Positions 50,799 through 60,260 of a stretch of 64,000 bases of DNA are shown here, in pieces. The stretch is from an uncultured Candidatus Rokubacteria bacterium (GTDB lineage Bacteria; Methylomirabilota; Methylomirabilia; Rokubacteriales; DASRDR01): contig CAWGVS010000005.1 of assembly GCA_963826115.1 (NCBI GenBank), positions 576,001-640,000 on the forward strand. The letters run 5' to 3'. Made by a program: the position numbers and the translations under genes. A model generated the notes under the pieces. It was not told where the DNA came from. It made no database searches and saw only the letters and a list, made by a program, of their open reading frames with translations. Positions within the stretch are counted from its first letter, which is position 1. Each line of letters starts with the position of its first letter.

Positions 50799-51528
50799 CT
50801 AGGGGCGCGGGAGGAACCGGAGGCTCCGCACCGACGGCTCCCACTCGGGCCGGAGCGTGTCGACGAGGAGCGGGCCGGTCACGGTGCCCTGGACGTACCG
50901 CTCGCTCGCGCTGACCAGGACGAGCGTGGGCGTCCGCGCGCTCGGGTGGCGGCACACGAGGTTGTCCCGCAGGACGCCGACGAGGACCGCGCCACGCGCG
51001 CCGGGGTTGTTCCGCTCCTCGACCACCGCGTCGAAGCGCACGCACTCGGCGCCGGGCGACGCGTCCGCGTGGAACGAGGACTGGACGACCGTGAACCGGG
51101 GCTCGGGCCGGATGAAGCGCTGCTCGATGAAGGCGAACAGCTCCGCCGGCGTGTCCACCTTCGCGTCTCTCGGCACCTCGTCCGCGATGGTCAGGAGGCC
51201 GAAGGTGTGGAGAATGTCGGTCGGGGAAGGCCGCTGCTCGACGAGCCGACCCAGCAAGGGATGCGTGCTGGAACACGACTCCGCGCGAATCGCGGCGCCC
51301 GACGCACCAGTGGCTGCCTTTCGGCGGGAGGACCGAGTAGCCCCAGGTGGGGAACTCGACGCGCTCTTCCGGACCCGGCACCGACATCATGTGAAGCGTC
51401 TGGCAGGTGATCGCGATCGGCGCGGGCAAGCGATTCGACGACGCGCATCCGGTCGCGACGGCCGCCAGCGCGAGCAGGGCGGCGCCGCGCGGCCACGCGG
51501 TCACGCTCGGTCGAGCCCGCCCCGTCAT
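50799..51528 (-). pseudogene. Hypothetical lipoprotein, frameshifted near 51270
   Basis: Lipobox ATGC frame (…GVVF) joins the STHPLLGRLVEQ…SLRF frame if one C in TTCC is removed. Confidence 0.65.
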
Positions 51529-51731
51529 GACGGGGGCATCGTAGTTGAAGGCTTCGCTCCGCCGCAACTCGTGAGCAGGACGCCCGGATGCCGACGAGCG
51601 AAGCGCGGCGGCGGGGCTAGTCGTCCGGAGTCACGACGCTGCCCTGGACGAGCGGCAGGCGCACACGGGAACCTCGGGGTACCCGGTTGCGTCCCGGCTC
51701 GATCGACTCCTATCGTTCGCCTCGGGAGCCG

Positions 51732-52022
51732 ATGGGAACGGAGGAGACGCGCGCGTGCCCGGTGTGCCGTCAGCCCGCAAGGGTCATCGACTGGCACCCG
51801 ATCACGGCCTGGCTGCTGGTCGAGGGATGCTCCTGCGGCGGCTACTTCGTCTGGAAGCCGCTGTGGGAGCAGCGGATGCCTGAATTCGGGGACGCGGAGC
51901 GAGAGGCGCTCGCCCTGCGCCTCCGCGAGGCGCGCTCGCGCGCCGGCGAGGTGTGGCTCACGACGCGGGACGGCCGGGTCGGCGGGCCGTTGGTCATCGC
52001 GCCCGATCCGACCCGGCCGTAG
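51732..52022 (+). CDS. Small putative zinc-binding protein
   Basis: CPVC...CSCGGY; GGGAG RBS. Confidence 0.6.
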   Translation: MGTEETRACPVCRQPARVIDWHPITAWLLVEGCSCGGYFVWKPLWEQRMPEFGDAEREALALRLREARSRAGEVWLTTRDGRVGGPLVIAPDPTRP

Positions 52023-52040
52023 CCGGAGCGCGGACCCCGA

Positions 52041-52355
52041 TCAGGCCGGACGCCAGCGCCCCTCTACCCACACGTTGCCGGTCGACGTCGTCTCCCAGTG
52101 GCCCGGCACCCACACCTGACCGGTCGGGGGCACGGTCCAGTGGCCGGGGACCCAGACGTAGGTGCGCGTGGTCGCCTGCCACGTGTACCCGCCCGGGACC
52201 CACACGTAGCTCGACGAGGGCTGCGGCGGCATGACCTCCGTCGGGGCCGCGGGCGGCGGGGGCGGCGCTTGAGCGGCCGGGTAGTAGCTCTGGCTCGAGC
52301 AGGCGGCCAGGAGCAAGGTGATCGTGACCGCGATTCCGACGCGTGGGTGCCGCAT
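52041..52355 (-). CDS. YXWGXW-repeat lipoprotein
   Basis: Lipobox LAAC, Pro-rich linker, four (Y/V)WVPG.W-type repeats; AGGAGA RBS. Confidence 0.88.
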   Translation of the reverse strand: MRHPRVGIAVTITLLLAACSSQSYYPAAQAPPPPPAAPTEVMPPQPSSSYVWVPGGYTWQATTRTYVWVPGHWTVPPTGQVWVPGHWETTSTGNVWVEGRWRPA

Positions 52356-52403
52356 GGTCTCTCCTGTTCTGGCGATGGTCGGTGTAGGGAAGGACGCCAC
52401 GGC

Positions 52404-52772
52404 CTAGCCTCCGGTGGGCTGGGCGCGGGCCGAGTCCGGATACGCGGCGCGGATCTCCGGTAGGTACGCCTCCGTCCACCGGTAGAGCGCGTGCAGCGGG
52501 GTTGTCAGCGTGGCTCCGAGGTGGGTCAGCGAGTAGTCCACCCGCGGGGGAAGGACCGCGTGGGCGGTGCGCTCGACCAGCCCGTGCTGCTCGAGCCGTC
52601 GCAGCGTCTGCGTCAGCATCTTCTGCGAGATACCGTGCCCCGCCCTTTGTAGCTCACCGTGTCGCTTCGGTCCCTGGGAGAGCTGCTGGAAGATGAGGAG
52701 CGCCCACTTGTCGCAGATGCTCGACATGATCTCCTGGACGTTCACGAAGTCGGCCGGGAGCTTCTTGGCCAT
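52404..52772 (-). CDS. HxlR-family winged-helix regulator
   Basis: DKWALLI, GISQKMLTQTLRRLE, PPRVDYSLT. Confidence 0.92.
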   Translation of the reverse strand: MAKKLPADFVNVQEIMSSICDKWALLIFQQLSQGPKRHGELQRAGHGISQKMLTQTLRRLEQHGLVERTAHAVLPPRVDYSLTHLGATLTTPLHALYRWTEAYLPEIRAAYPDSARAQPTGG

Positions 52773-52817
52773 GCCCTGGGTTCCGTGCGTTGGTCCGATG
52801 TCTCTCGTTCCGCCGGC

Positions 52818-52898
52818 CTAGTGACCCACGCCGAGCAGGAACAGGAAGACGATGAGACTGAGAGGCACGCCCAGGAGCCAGAGCACGATCAGCCACAT
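52818..52898 (-). CDS. 26-aa single-TM microprotein
   Basis: MWLIVLWLLGVPLSLIVFLFLLGVGH; GAGGAGG RBS. Confidence 0.7.
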   Translation of the reverse strand: MWLIVLWLLGVPLSLIVFLFLLGVGH

Positions 52899-52985
52899 GT
52901 CGGTACCCTCCTCACGCGATCGCTCCTCGCCGTCCGGTGCGCCCACCGGCACTCCAACGAGAGCTATGCTTTGCAGTGAGACATG

Positions 52986-53001
52986 AGCAAGCGGAGTGCC
53001 A
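52986..53001 (-). promoter_or_regulatory. sigma54 promoter (consensus)
   Basis: TGGCAC-tccgc-TTGCT. Confidence 0.75.
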
Positions 53002-53136
53002 GCCATCAAGGACGGCAGCGGAGCATATGCATGACGTGACGAGCGTGCGCGGGCCTCGTCTCGCTCACGATCCGCGCGCCGTGCGTCGCCGCCAGGATGT
53101 CGTTGAAATGACGCGGTGTCGACAGGAGGGGACCAG

Positions 53137-54840
53137 GTGGACAACGCGGCCGTCGCACGCGCGCTGAGGGAGATCGCAGCGCTCCTCGCGCTCGAGGACG
53201 ACGGCGCCTTCAAGGCGCGCGCGTACGAGCGCGGTGCGCGGGCCGTCGAGGCGCTGTCGGAAGACGTCGCGGAGCTGGCGCGATCGAACCGTCTCCGCAG
53301 CGTGCCTGGGATCGGAGCGTCGCTTGCGCGGACCATCGTCGAGCTCCGGGAGACCGGGCAGAGCGAGGTGCTCGCGCGGCTCCGCGCCAGCCTGCCTCCG
53401 GGCGCCCCGGAGCTCGCGGGCGTCCTCACGCGGCCCCAGATGGAGCGCCTCCACGCGGCGCTCGGCATCGAGACCCTCGCCGACCTCCGGGCGGCGTGCG
53501 AGGCGGGCCGGGTGCGCGGCGTGCACGGATTCGGCGAGCGCTCGGAGCGGCGGCTCCTCGAGGCGATCGCCGAGCAGAAGGGCCCGAAAGGGGGGACGCT
53601 GCTCGCGGACGCGGCGGACGTGGGGGAGCGCCTTCTCGCCCACCTCCGCCGCCACCCCGCGGTCGAGCGCGCCGACGTCGCCGGCGACGTGCGGCGGCGC
53701 GTCGAGCTGGTCCCCGTCCTGGACCTCGTCGTGGCGACCCGCGACCTCGCCACGACGCTCGACCACGCGGCCGGGGCGGCGATGGTCGGATCGGTCCTCG
53801 AGCGGGGGGACGGGGAGATCGCGCTCCGCCTCGTGTCGGGCCCGGACGTGCGCATCCGCGCCGTCGCTCCCGAGGCGTATCCGCTCGCGCTGTTCCGCGC
53901 CACGGGCTCGGACGCCCACGTGGCGAAGCTCGCGACCGTCGCGCGGTCCCGCGGGCTCGGGCTGGAGGCCGACGGCCTCTTCGAGGGCGCCCGCCGCGTC
54001 TCCGTCGCGAGCGAGGGCGACGTGTACCGGCGCCTCGGCCTTCCGGAGATCCCGCCGGAGATGCGCGAGGACCGGGGCGAGGTGGAGGCCGCGCGCGCCG
54101 GCTCGCTGCCGCAGGACCTCGTCCGTCTCGAGGACCTCCGGGGCCTGGTTCACTGCCACACCGTCTACTCCGACGGCCGCCACACCGTGGAGGAGATGGC
54201 CCGGGCGGCGGAGGCGCGCGGCATGGCCTACATGACCATCACGGACCATTCGCCGACCGCGGCGTACGCGCGCGGGCTCGACGTGAGCCGGCTCCGGCGG
54301 CAGTGGGACGAGATCGCGCGGGTGCAGGAGCGCGTCACGGTCCGCCTCCTCCGCGGGACCGAGTGCGACATCCTGCGGGACGGAGCGCTCGACTACCCGG
54401 ATTCGATTCTGGCCGAGCTGGACGTCGTGATCGCCAGCGTGCACAACCGCTACCGGATGAGCCGCGAGGACATGACGCGCCGCCTGGTCCAGGCGCTCCG
54501 GCATCCCTGCTTCAAGATCTGGGGCCACCCCCTGGGACGCTACGTCGGGAGCCGGCCGCCCATCGAGTGCGACATGGGCATGGTCCTGGGCGCCCTGGCG
54601 GAATCCCGGGCGGCGATCGAGGTCAACGGCGACCCGCATCGTCTGGACCTCCCGCCCGAGTGGATCAAGGAGGCGCGGGGCCGGGGCATCCGTTTCGTGA
54701 TCTCCACCGATGCCCACTCCACGGGCGCCCTCGACAACGCCCGGTGGGGCGTCGCCATGGCCCGGCGGGGATGGCTCACCCGCGGCGAGATCCTGAACGC
54801 GCTCGACGTCGACGGATTCCGCGCGGCCGTCAAGCCCTGA
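53137..54840 (+). CDS. polX: PolX-PHP fusion with altered polymerase catalytic triad
   Basis: FKARAY, VPGIG HhH, ATGSDAH, IPPEMRE; PHP HCHTVYSDG, TDHS, GTECDI, GHP, STDAH; AGGAGG RBS. Confidence 0.9.
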   Translation: MDNAAVARALREIAALLALEDDGAFKARAYERGARAVEALSEDVAELARSNRLRSVPGIGASLARTIVELRETGQSEVLARLRASLPPGAPELAGVLTRPQMERLHAALGIETLADLRAACEAGRVRGVHGFGERSERRLLEAIAEQKGPKGGTLLADAADVGERLLAHLRRHPAVERADVAGDVRRRVELVPVLDLVVATRDLATTLDHAAGAAMVGSVLERGDGEIALRLVSGPDVRIRAVAPEAYPLALFRATGSDAHVAKLATVARSRGLGLEADGLFEGARRVSVASEGDVYRRLGLPEIPPEMREDRGEVEAARAGSLPQDLVRLEDLRGLVHCHTVYSDGRHTVEEMARAAEARGMAYMTITDHSPTAAYARGLDVSRLRRQWDEIARVQERVTVRLLRGTECDILRDGALDYPDSILAELDVVIASVHNRYRMSREDMTRRLVQALRHPCFKIWGHPLGRYVGSRPPIECDMGMVLGALAESRAAIEVNGDPHRLDLPPEWIKEARGRGIRFVISTDAHSTGALDNARWGVAMARRGWLTRGEILNALDVDGFRAAVKP

Positions 54841-54882
54841 GCCCGCCGGGCGCGTTCGGGCCCGACGGGGGCCGGGCCGGAG

Positions 54883-54891
54883 TGCTATAGT
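54883..54891 (+). promoter_or_regulatory. Extended -10 promoter (TGcTATAGT)
   Basis: Near consensus, 21 nt before ATG 54913. Confidence 0.55.
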
Positions 54892-54912
54892 GCGGCTCGC
54901 GAGGACGCGTGG

Positions 54913-55191
54913 ATGAGCGCGATCGCCGTGAGCCCGCACAAGTTCGGCCTGGTCCTGGCGACGTTCATCGGGGGCTGGCACATCGTGTGGTCGTTGCTCG
55001 TGCTCCTCGGCTGGGCGCAGCCGCTCCTGAACTTCGTCTTCTGGCTCCACTTCATCGCGCCGCCCTACGAGGTCGGGCCCTTCGTGCCGTGGCGCGCGAT
55101 GGTGCTGGTCGCCGTGACGACGACCATCGGCTACGGGTTCGGACGCATCCTCGGCGCGATCTGGAACTGGGCGCACGCCGGGGGCGCGTAG
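54913..55191 (+). CDS. Small membrane protein
   Basis: [26 protein letters not shown]; hydrophobic; GAGGA RBS. Confidence 0.75.
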   Translation: MSAIAVSPHKFGLVLATFIGGWHIVWSLLVLLGWAQPLLNFVFWLHFIAPPYEVGPFVPWRAMVLVAVTTTIGYGFGRILGAIWNWAHAGGA

Positions 55192-55216
55192 GGCGCTCGG
55201 TCGGCGGGAGGCGACG

Positions 55217-56233
55217 ATGACCCTTGGGACCCTCGGCTCGTTCGCGCGGTACCCGCTGACGTTCGGCCCGTCGCCCGTGCACCCGCTGGAGCGCCTCACC
55301 GCGCACCTCGGCGGCGCCCGCATCTGGGCGAAGCGGGACGACTGCAACAGCGGGCTCGCCTTCGGCGGCAACAAGGTCCGGAAGCTCGAGTACCTGGTGG
55401 CCGAGGCCATCGCCCAGGGGTGCGACACGCTGGTGTCCATCGGCGGCGTCCAGTCGAACCACACGCGCCAGGTGGCCGCGACCGCCGCGCGAGTCGGCAT
55501 GAAGTGCGTCCTCGTCCAGGAAAGCTGGGTGGACTGGCCGGACGCCGTCTACGACCGAGTCGGGAACATCCTGCTCAGCCGGATCCTCGGTGCGGACGTG
55601 CGGCTCGTCCAGGCGGAGTTCGGGATCGGCTTCAAGGAGAGCTGGGAGCGCGCCCTCGCGGAGATCGAGGCGAGGGGTGGGCGGCCTTATCCCATCCCCG
55701 CCGGGGCGTCGGACCACCGCCTCGGCGGCCTCGGCTTCGCGCGCTGGGCCGACGAGGTGGCACAGCAGGAGCGGGAGCTCGGCGTGTTCTTCGACACGAT
55801 CATCGTGTGCTCGGTGACCGGGAGCACCCAGGCGGGGATGGTCGCGGGCTTCGCAGGGCAGGACCGGCCCCGCCGGGTCGTCGGCATCGACGCGTCGGCC
55901 AGGGTGAAGGAGACCCTCGAGCAGGTCGCTCGCATCGCGCGACGGACCGCCAAGCTCATCGGGATCGGTCGGGACCTGCGCGACGCGGAGATCATCCTGG
56001 ACGACCGGTACCACGCCGGCACCTACGGCATCCCGGACGAGCGGACGCTCGACGCCATCCGGCTCGCGGCGCGGCTCGAGGGGATGATCACCGACCCCGT
56101 CTACGAGGGGAAGTCGATGGCGGGCCTCATCGACCTGATCGCGAGCGGGGAGATCGAGCGGGGATCCACCGTTCTCTACGCGCACCTGGGCGGCCAGCCG
56201 GCGCTGAACGGCTACAGCGCCCTGTTCCGCTGA
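55217..56233 (+). CDS. acdS: 1-aminocyclopropane-1-carboxylate deaminase
   Basis: [48 protein letters not shown] (E295), YAHLGG (L322). Confidence 0.93.
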   Translation: MTLGTLGSFARYPLTFGPSPVHPLERLTAHLGGARIWAKRDDCNSGLAFGGNKVRKLEYLVAEAIAQGCDTLVSIGGVQSNHTRQVAATAARVGMKCVLVQESWVDWPDAVYDRVGNILLSRILGADVRLVQAEFGIGFKESWERALAEIEARGGRPYPIPAGASDHRLGGLGFARWADEVAQQERELGVFFDTIIVCSVTGSTQAGMVAGFAGQDRPRRVVGIDASARVKETLEQVARIARRTAKLIGIGRDLRDAEIILDDRYHAGTYGIPDERTLDAIRLAARLEGMITDPVYEGKSMAGLIDLIASGEIERGSTVLYAHLGGQPALNGYSALFR

Positions 56234-56252
56234 CGGGCGCGGCGGGCCTCCG

Positions 56253-56603
56253 ATGACCACGAAGCGGCCGGCGCAGTACCGGCTGACGCAGTTCTGGGCG
56301 TCGGTCCTGGTGGGCCTCGGCTTCGCCGTCCTCGTGGTCGGGCTCCTGGGCGGGGGGCTCCTCGTGCTGCTCCAGGACGAGATCCCGGTCCCGGCGCCCT
56401 GGTCCCGGCCGCTGGTGGCCGCCACCGCCGCCGTCGGCGGCCTGATCCTCTCGGCTCCCCTGATCCTGGCTGGCCAGCTGGTCCAGATCTTCCTCGACCA
56501 GCGGCGTCTCCTGGGCCGGATCCACCGCCGGCTCCAGCGCTGGGAGGACGAGCGGGAGTCGGAGCGAACCCACCCCATGCGGGGGCCCGACCGCCCGAGC
56601 TAG
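56253..56603 (+). CDS. Hypothetical membrane protein (2 TM)
   Basis: Two hydrophobic helices with a charged C-terminal tail. Confidence 0.65.
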   Translation: MTTKRPAQYRLTQFWASVLVGLGFAVLVVGLLGGGLLVLLQDEIPVPAPWSRPLVAATAAVGGLILSAPLILAGQLVQIFLDQRRLLGRIHRRLQRWEDERESERTHPMRGPDRPS

Positions 56604-56685
56604 CGCGCGCGGCGGGCCTCCGCGCGCGGCGTCCGCCGCCTTCGGGATCCGGCGGGCCGCAAAGACGTGTCCCCCGGGGCTTCCG

Positions 56686-56694
56686 TGCTAGGCT
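56686..56694 (+). promoter_or_regulatory. Extended -10 promoter (TGcTAGGCT)
   Basis: Upstream of the sensor kinase-like gene. Confidence 0.45.
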
Positions 56695-56757
56695 ATTCGC
56701 CATGATTCCGCACGGTTCGGCGCCGTGGTCTCCCTTGGGGGTTTTGCGGGCCTGACG

Positions 56758-59241
56758 ATGGCGGGACCCGGCGCCTCTCCCGCGAAGGGCAAGGGCAAGG
56801 AGGGCGCGGCCTCCGGCTCCCTCCGGCGTGCGTTCATCGGCACTGCGCTCGCGGTGGCCGTTCCGTTCCTCCTCCTGATCGGGCTCCTGGTCTGGGGTCA
56901 GGTGAGCCGCGAGCACGGCCGGGTGGAGCGCGAGGCGGTGGCCCAGGCGACCCTCATCTCCGCCCAGATCGAGAAGCACTTCGGGGCGCGGGTCGAGGCC
57001 CTCACGGGGGCGGCCAGCCTGCTCGCCTCAGGCGGCACGAGCGGCGAGACCCAAGGCCGGCGGCTCCGGCAGACATTCCCCGACGTCGACCGCGCGGTCC
57101 TCATCGACGAGCTCGGCGCCGCCGTGGCGTCGGTCCCGCCCCTGGCGGAGGGCAAGCGCCTCGCCGTGGGTGACCAGGAATGGTTCAAGCGGGCCGCGAC
57201 GTCCACCGATGCCTTCGTCGGGGCCCCGTGGCGGGCGGGTCCGGAGGTGCTGGTCGGGGTCTACGCGCCGGTCAGGACGACCGAGGGTCAGCTCCGGGGT
57301 GTTCTCGCCATCGATCTCCTGCTCAAACGCGTCCAGGAGCTCCTGGGCCAGGTGAAGCTCAATCCCGGCACCGTGGCCACGCTCGTCACGGACCGCGGCC
57401 TCGTGGTCGCGCGCCAGCCGTTGCTCTTCCTGATGGCGGACGTGAGGGGCCTGGCCGGGTACGGGGACCTCCTCTCCCGGGGTCGCGGTGAGGCGGTCTT
57501 CGAGGACGGCGAGTCGCGGATCGCCGGCGCGGTCAAGGTCCGGCCGCAGGACTGGACGCTCGTCGTCGGGATCCCGTCAGGCGAGGTGACGCGAGAGACG
57601 CGGACCCAGTTCCTCCTGGTTGGCGGCGCCGCGCTGGTGGTCACGGCGCTGGGGCTCCTGGCCTCCGCGCGGCTGGCGGCGCGTCAGGTCGAGGGGTTCG
57701 GGCGGCTTCGTCAGGCGATGACCCGGCTCGAGACGGGCGACCTGCCCGCGACCCTGCCCGTGACCGTGGGCGGCGAGGCCGGCACGCTGACGGAAAGCTT
57801 CAACAGGATGCTGAGCTGGCTGCGTGGAAAGATTCGGGAATACGAGGTGGTCAGCCAGCTCGACGATGCGGCCGGCCGGGTTGCGACCGGGGAGCGCACG
57901 GGCGATCAGATGCTCACGGGCCTGCTCCGTCGGGTCGTCGGCGGGGTCGGGGCGGACGTGGGGGTCCTCGTTCTGTCCGACGAATCGGGACTCGGCGCCC
58001 GCGCCGCCGTCGGCTTCCACGGCGCCCAGGTCGAGGGGACGCGGCTCCGCCGGGGCCAGGGTCTGGCGGGGGCCGTCATGTCCGCCCGCGAGTCCATCGT
58101 GGTCCCCGACGTGGAGGCCGACTACCGGGTGGAGGAGCCGTACCTGAAGGACGGGACGGTCCGCTCGGTCGCCGCCTTTCCCCTCCTGGTGGGCGAGGAG
58201 CTTCTCGGCGTGGTCGCGGTCGGCTACCGGGCGGTCCACGCGTTCCCCCAGGACGAGCTCGCGCGCATGGAGGCGATCGTGCGCCGGACGGCCCAGGCGA
58301 TCGAGCGCGCCCAGGCGCTCGAGTCCGTGCAGCGCAGCACGCAGGGTCTCGAGGCGCAGATCGCCCAGCAGGTGGAAGCGCTCCAGAAGGCGACGGTGGA
58401 CCAGGCGGAGGCCAACCGCCAGGCGCAGGAGGCGCGCAAGCAGGCCAAGGAGATGGAGCAGCGGATGAAGCTCCAGGCCGCGCAGGCGCCGCAGGTGAAG
58501 GAGGTCATCGTCGAGCGCGAGGTCGTGCGCGCGGACCCGGCCAGCGAGCAGACCGCGCGGGTCCGCGGGGAGATGCAGAAGACGGTGACCGAGGAGCTCC
58601 GCGCGCCGCTCACCGCGCTGCTCGACCTCCCGCGTCTCCTGGTCGACGGGCTCCAGAAGCCGCTCGGCGACACGGAGCGGGGCCAGCTCGAGATCCTCCA
58701 GGAGCGCGGGCAGGAGATCCTGGAGCTGATCGAGGGACTGTCCACGCTGAGCGCGATGCAGGCGGGCGGCCTCAAGCTCACGAAGGCCTCGGCGGAGCTG
58801 CCGACGCTCGTCCAGCGGGTGGTGCGCACCCTCCAGCCGCGGGCGGCGGCCAAGGGGAACCGGATCGAGACCGACATCAAGCCGGGCGTCGCGCCCGTCG
58901 TCACGGACGCGCGGCGGTTCGAGCAGGTCCTCGGCAACCTCATCCTTTCGGCGGTGAAGTACACCGAGGTGGGCGAGATCCGCGTGACCTGCTACCAGCG
59001 CGACCGGGAAGTCGTCGTCACGGTGGCGGACGACGGGCTCGGCTTCACCCAGGAGGAGCAGGCCCGGATCTTCCGGCCGTTCTGCCCGGTCGGTCCCCGG
59101 GACGGGCGGCCGCTCCCGGGCACCGGCCTTCTCCTCACGGTGGCCGAGCGGCTCGTGATGGCCATCGGTGGCAAGATCAAGATGGAGAGCGAGCTGGACC
59201 GGGGCACGTGGGTCACCGTGACGCTGCCGGCCCAGGGATGA
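56758..59241 (+). CDS. Cache-HAMP-GAF histidine-kinase-like protein lacking the phospho-His
   Basis: TM-Cache-TM-HAMP-GAF-coiled coil-HisKA (TEELRAPL)-HATPase (NLILSAVKY, DDGLG, IFRPF, GTGLLL). Confidence 0.88.
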   Translation: MAGPGASPAKGKGKEGAASGSLRRAFIGTALAVAVPFLLLIGLLVWGQVSREHGRVEREAVAQATLISAQIEKHFGARVEALTGAASLLASGGTSGETQGRRLRQTFPDVDRAVLIDELGAAVASVPPLAEGKRLAVGDQEWFKRAATSTDAFVGAPWRAGPEVLVGVYAPVRTTEGQLRGVLAIDLLLKRVQELLGQVKLNPGTVATLVTDRGLVVARQPLLFLMADVRGLAGYGDLLSRGRGEAVFEDGESRIAGAVKVRPQDWTLVVGIPSGEVTRETRTQFLLVGGAALVVTALGLLASARLAARQVEGFGRLRQAMTRLETGDLPATLPVTVGGEAGTLTESFNRMLSWLRGKIREYEVVSQLDDAAGRVATGERTGDQMLTGLLRRVVGGVGADVGVLVLSDESGLGARAAVGFHGAQVEGTRLRRGQGLAGAVMSARESIVVPDVEADYRVEEPYLKDGTVRSVAAFPLLVGEELLGVVAVGYRAVHAFPQDELARMEAIVRRTAQAIERAQALESVQRSTQGLEAQIAQQVEALQKATVDQAEANRQAQEARKQAKEMEQRMKLQAAQAPQVKEVIVEREVVRADPASEQTARVRGEMQKTVTEELRAPLTALLDLPRLLVDGLQKPLGDTERGQLEILQERGQEILELIEGLSTLSAMQAGGLKLTKASAELPTLVQRVVRTLQPRAAAKGNRIETDIKPGVAPVVTDARRFEQVLGNLILSAVKYTEVGEIRVTCYQRDREVVVTVADDGLGFTQEEQARIFRPFCPVGPRDGRPLPGTGLLLTVAERLVMAIGGKIKMESELDRGTWVTVTLPAQG

Positions 59242-59256
59242 GGACATGACCCGACG

Positions 59257-60246
59257 GTGAGCCAGTCCACGCGGAGTCCCGCGACCCTCGGCCGCGTCCT
59301 GATCGTCGACGACGACCTCCTGGTCCGGGAGACGATGCGGGACTACATCGACCACCTGGGCTACGCCGTGCGGGACGTGGGCTCGGGGGAGGAGGCCCTC
59401 GCCGAGATCGCCCGCGAGGCGCCGGACCTGGTGCTGCTCGACGTCCGGATGCCCGGCATCACCGGGATCCAGCTCTGCCGGCAGCTCAAGGGCGACCCGA
59501 TCACGCACCTGATCCCCGTGGTGCTGCTGACGGCGGAGCGCGAGCTCGACTCCCGGGTGGCGGGACTCGAGGCGGGCGCCGACGACTACTTCACCAAGCC
59601 CGTCCACCCGCGGGAGCTCGACGCGAGGCTCCGCTCGCTCATCCGCCTGAAGCGCGTGCTCGAGGAGCTCGAGGAGGCCGAGAGCCTCATCACGAGCCTC
59701 GCGCTCACGATCGAGGCGCGGGACCCGTACACGGCCGGCCACTGCGTGCGGCTGGCGGCGTGGGCGATGGCCTTCGGCGAGCGGCTCGGCCTGAGCCCCG
59801 AGGAGCAGAAGGCGCTGCGCCTCGGCGGCTTCCTTCACGACCTCGGTAAGATCGCGGTGCCCGACGGCGTGCTCCTGAAGGCCGGCCCCCTCAGCGCGGC
59901 GGAGCGCCGGCTCATGGAGGAGCACCCCGCCGCGGGGGACCGGCTCGTCGGGCCGATGCGGACGCTCGGTCTCGTGCGTCCGATCATCCGACACCACCAC
60001 GAGCGCTGGGACGGGCACGGGTACCCCGACCGTCTCGGGGGCGAGGAGGTGCCGCTCCTGGCGCGCCTGATGGCGATCGTCGACGTGTACGACGCGCTCT
60101 GCACGCAGCGCCCCTACAAGGGCCCGTTCGGCGAGGAGGAGGCCCTGAAGAGTCTCCGCGAGGGAGCGCGGACCGGCCAGTTCGACCCGGAGCTGGTCCG
60201 CGTGTTCCTGGAGCTCCGGCAAGCCGCGACCGACCGCCGCCGCTGA
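59257..60246 (+). CDS. REC-HD-GYP response regulator (RpfG-like c-di-GMP phosphodiesterase)
   Basis: LIVDDD, LLDVRMP, TKP; HDLGK, HHHERWDGHGYP, RPYK. Confidence 0.93.
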   Translation: MSQSTRSPATLGRVLIVDDDLLVRETMRDYIDHLGYAVRDVGSGEEALAEIAREAPDLVLLDVRMPGITGIQLCRQLKGDPITHLIPVVLLTAERELDSRVAGLEAGADDYFTKPVHPRELDARLRSLIRLKRVLEELEEAESLITSLALTIEARDPYTAGHCVRLAAWAMAFGERLGLSPEEQKALRLGGFLHDLGKIAVPDGVLLKAGPLSAAERRLMEEHPAAGDRLVGPMRTLGLVRPIIRHHHERWDGHGYPDRLGGEEVPLLARLMAIVDVYDALCTQRPYKGPFGEEEALKSLREGARTGQFDPELVRVFLELRQAATDRRR

Positions 60247-60260
60247 GCCCCCGTCCGCCC

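Noticed and set aside
49483-53100. Prophage or integrative element at tRNA-Ala
   Set aside because: No integrase, phage genes or att duplication visible
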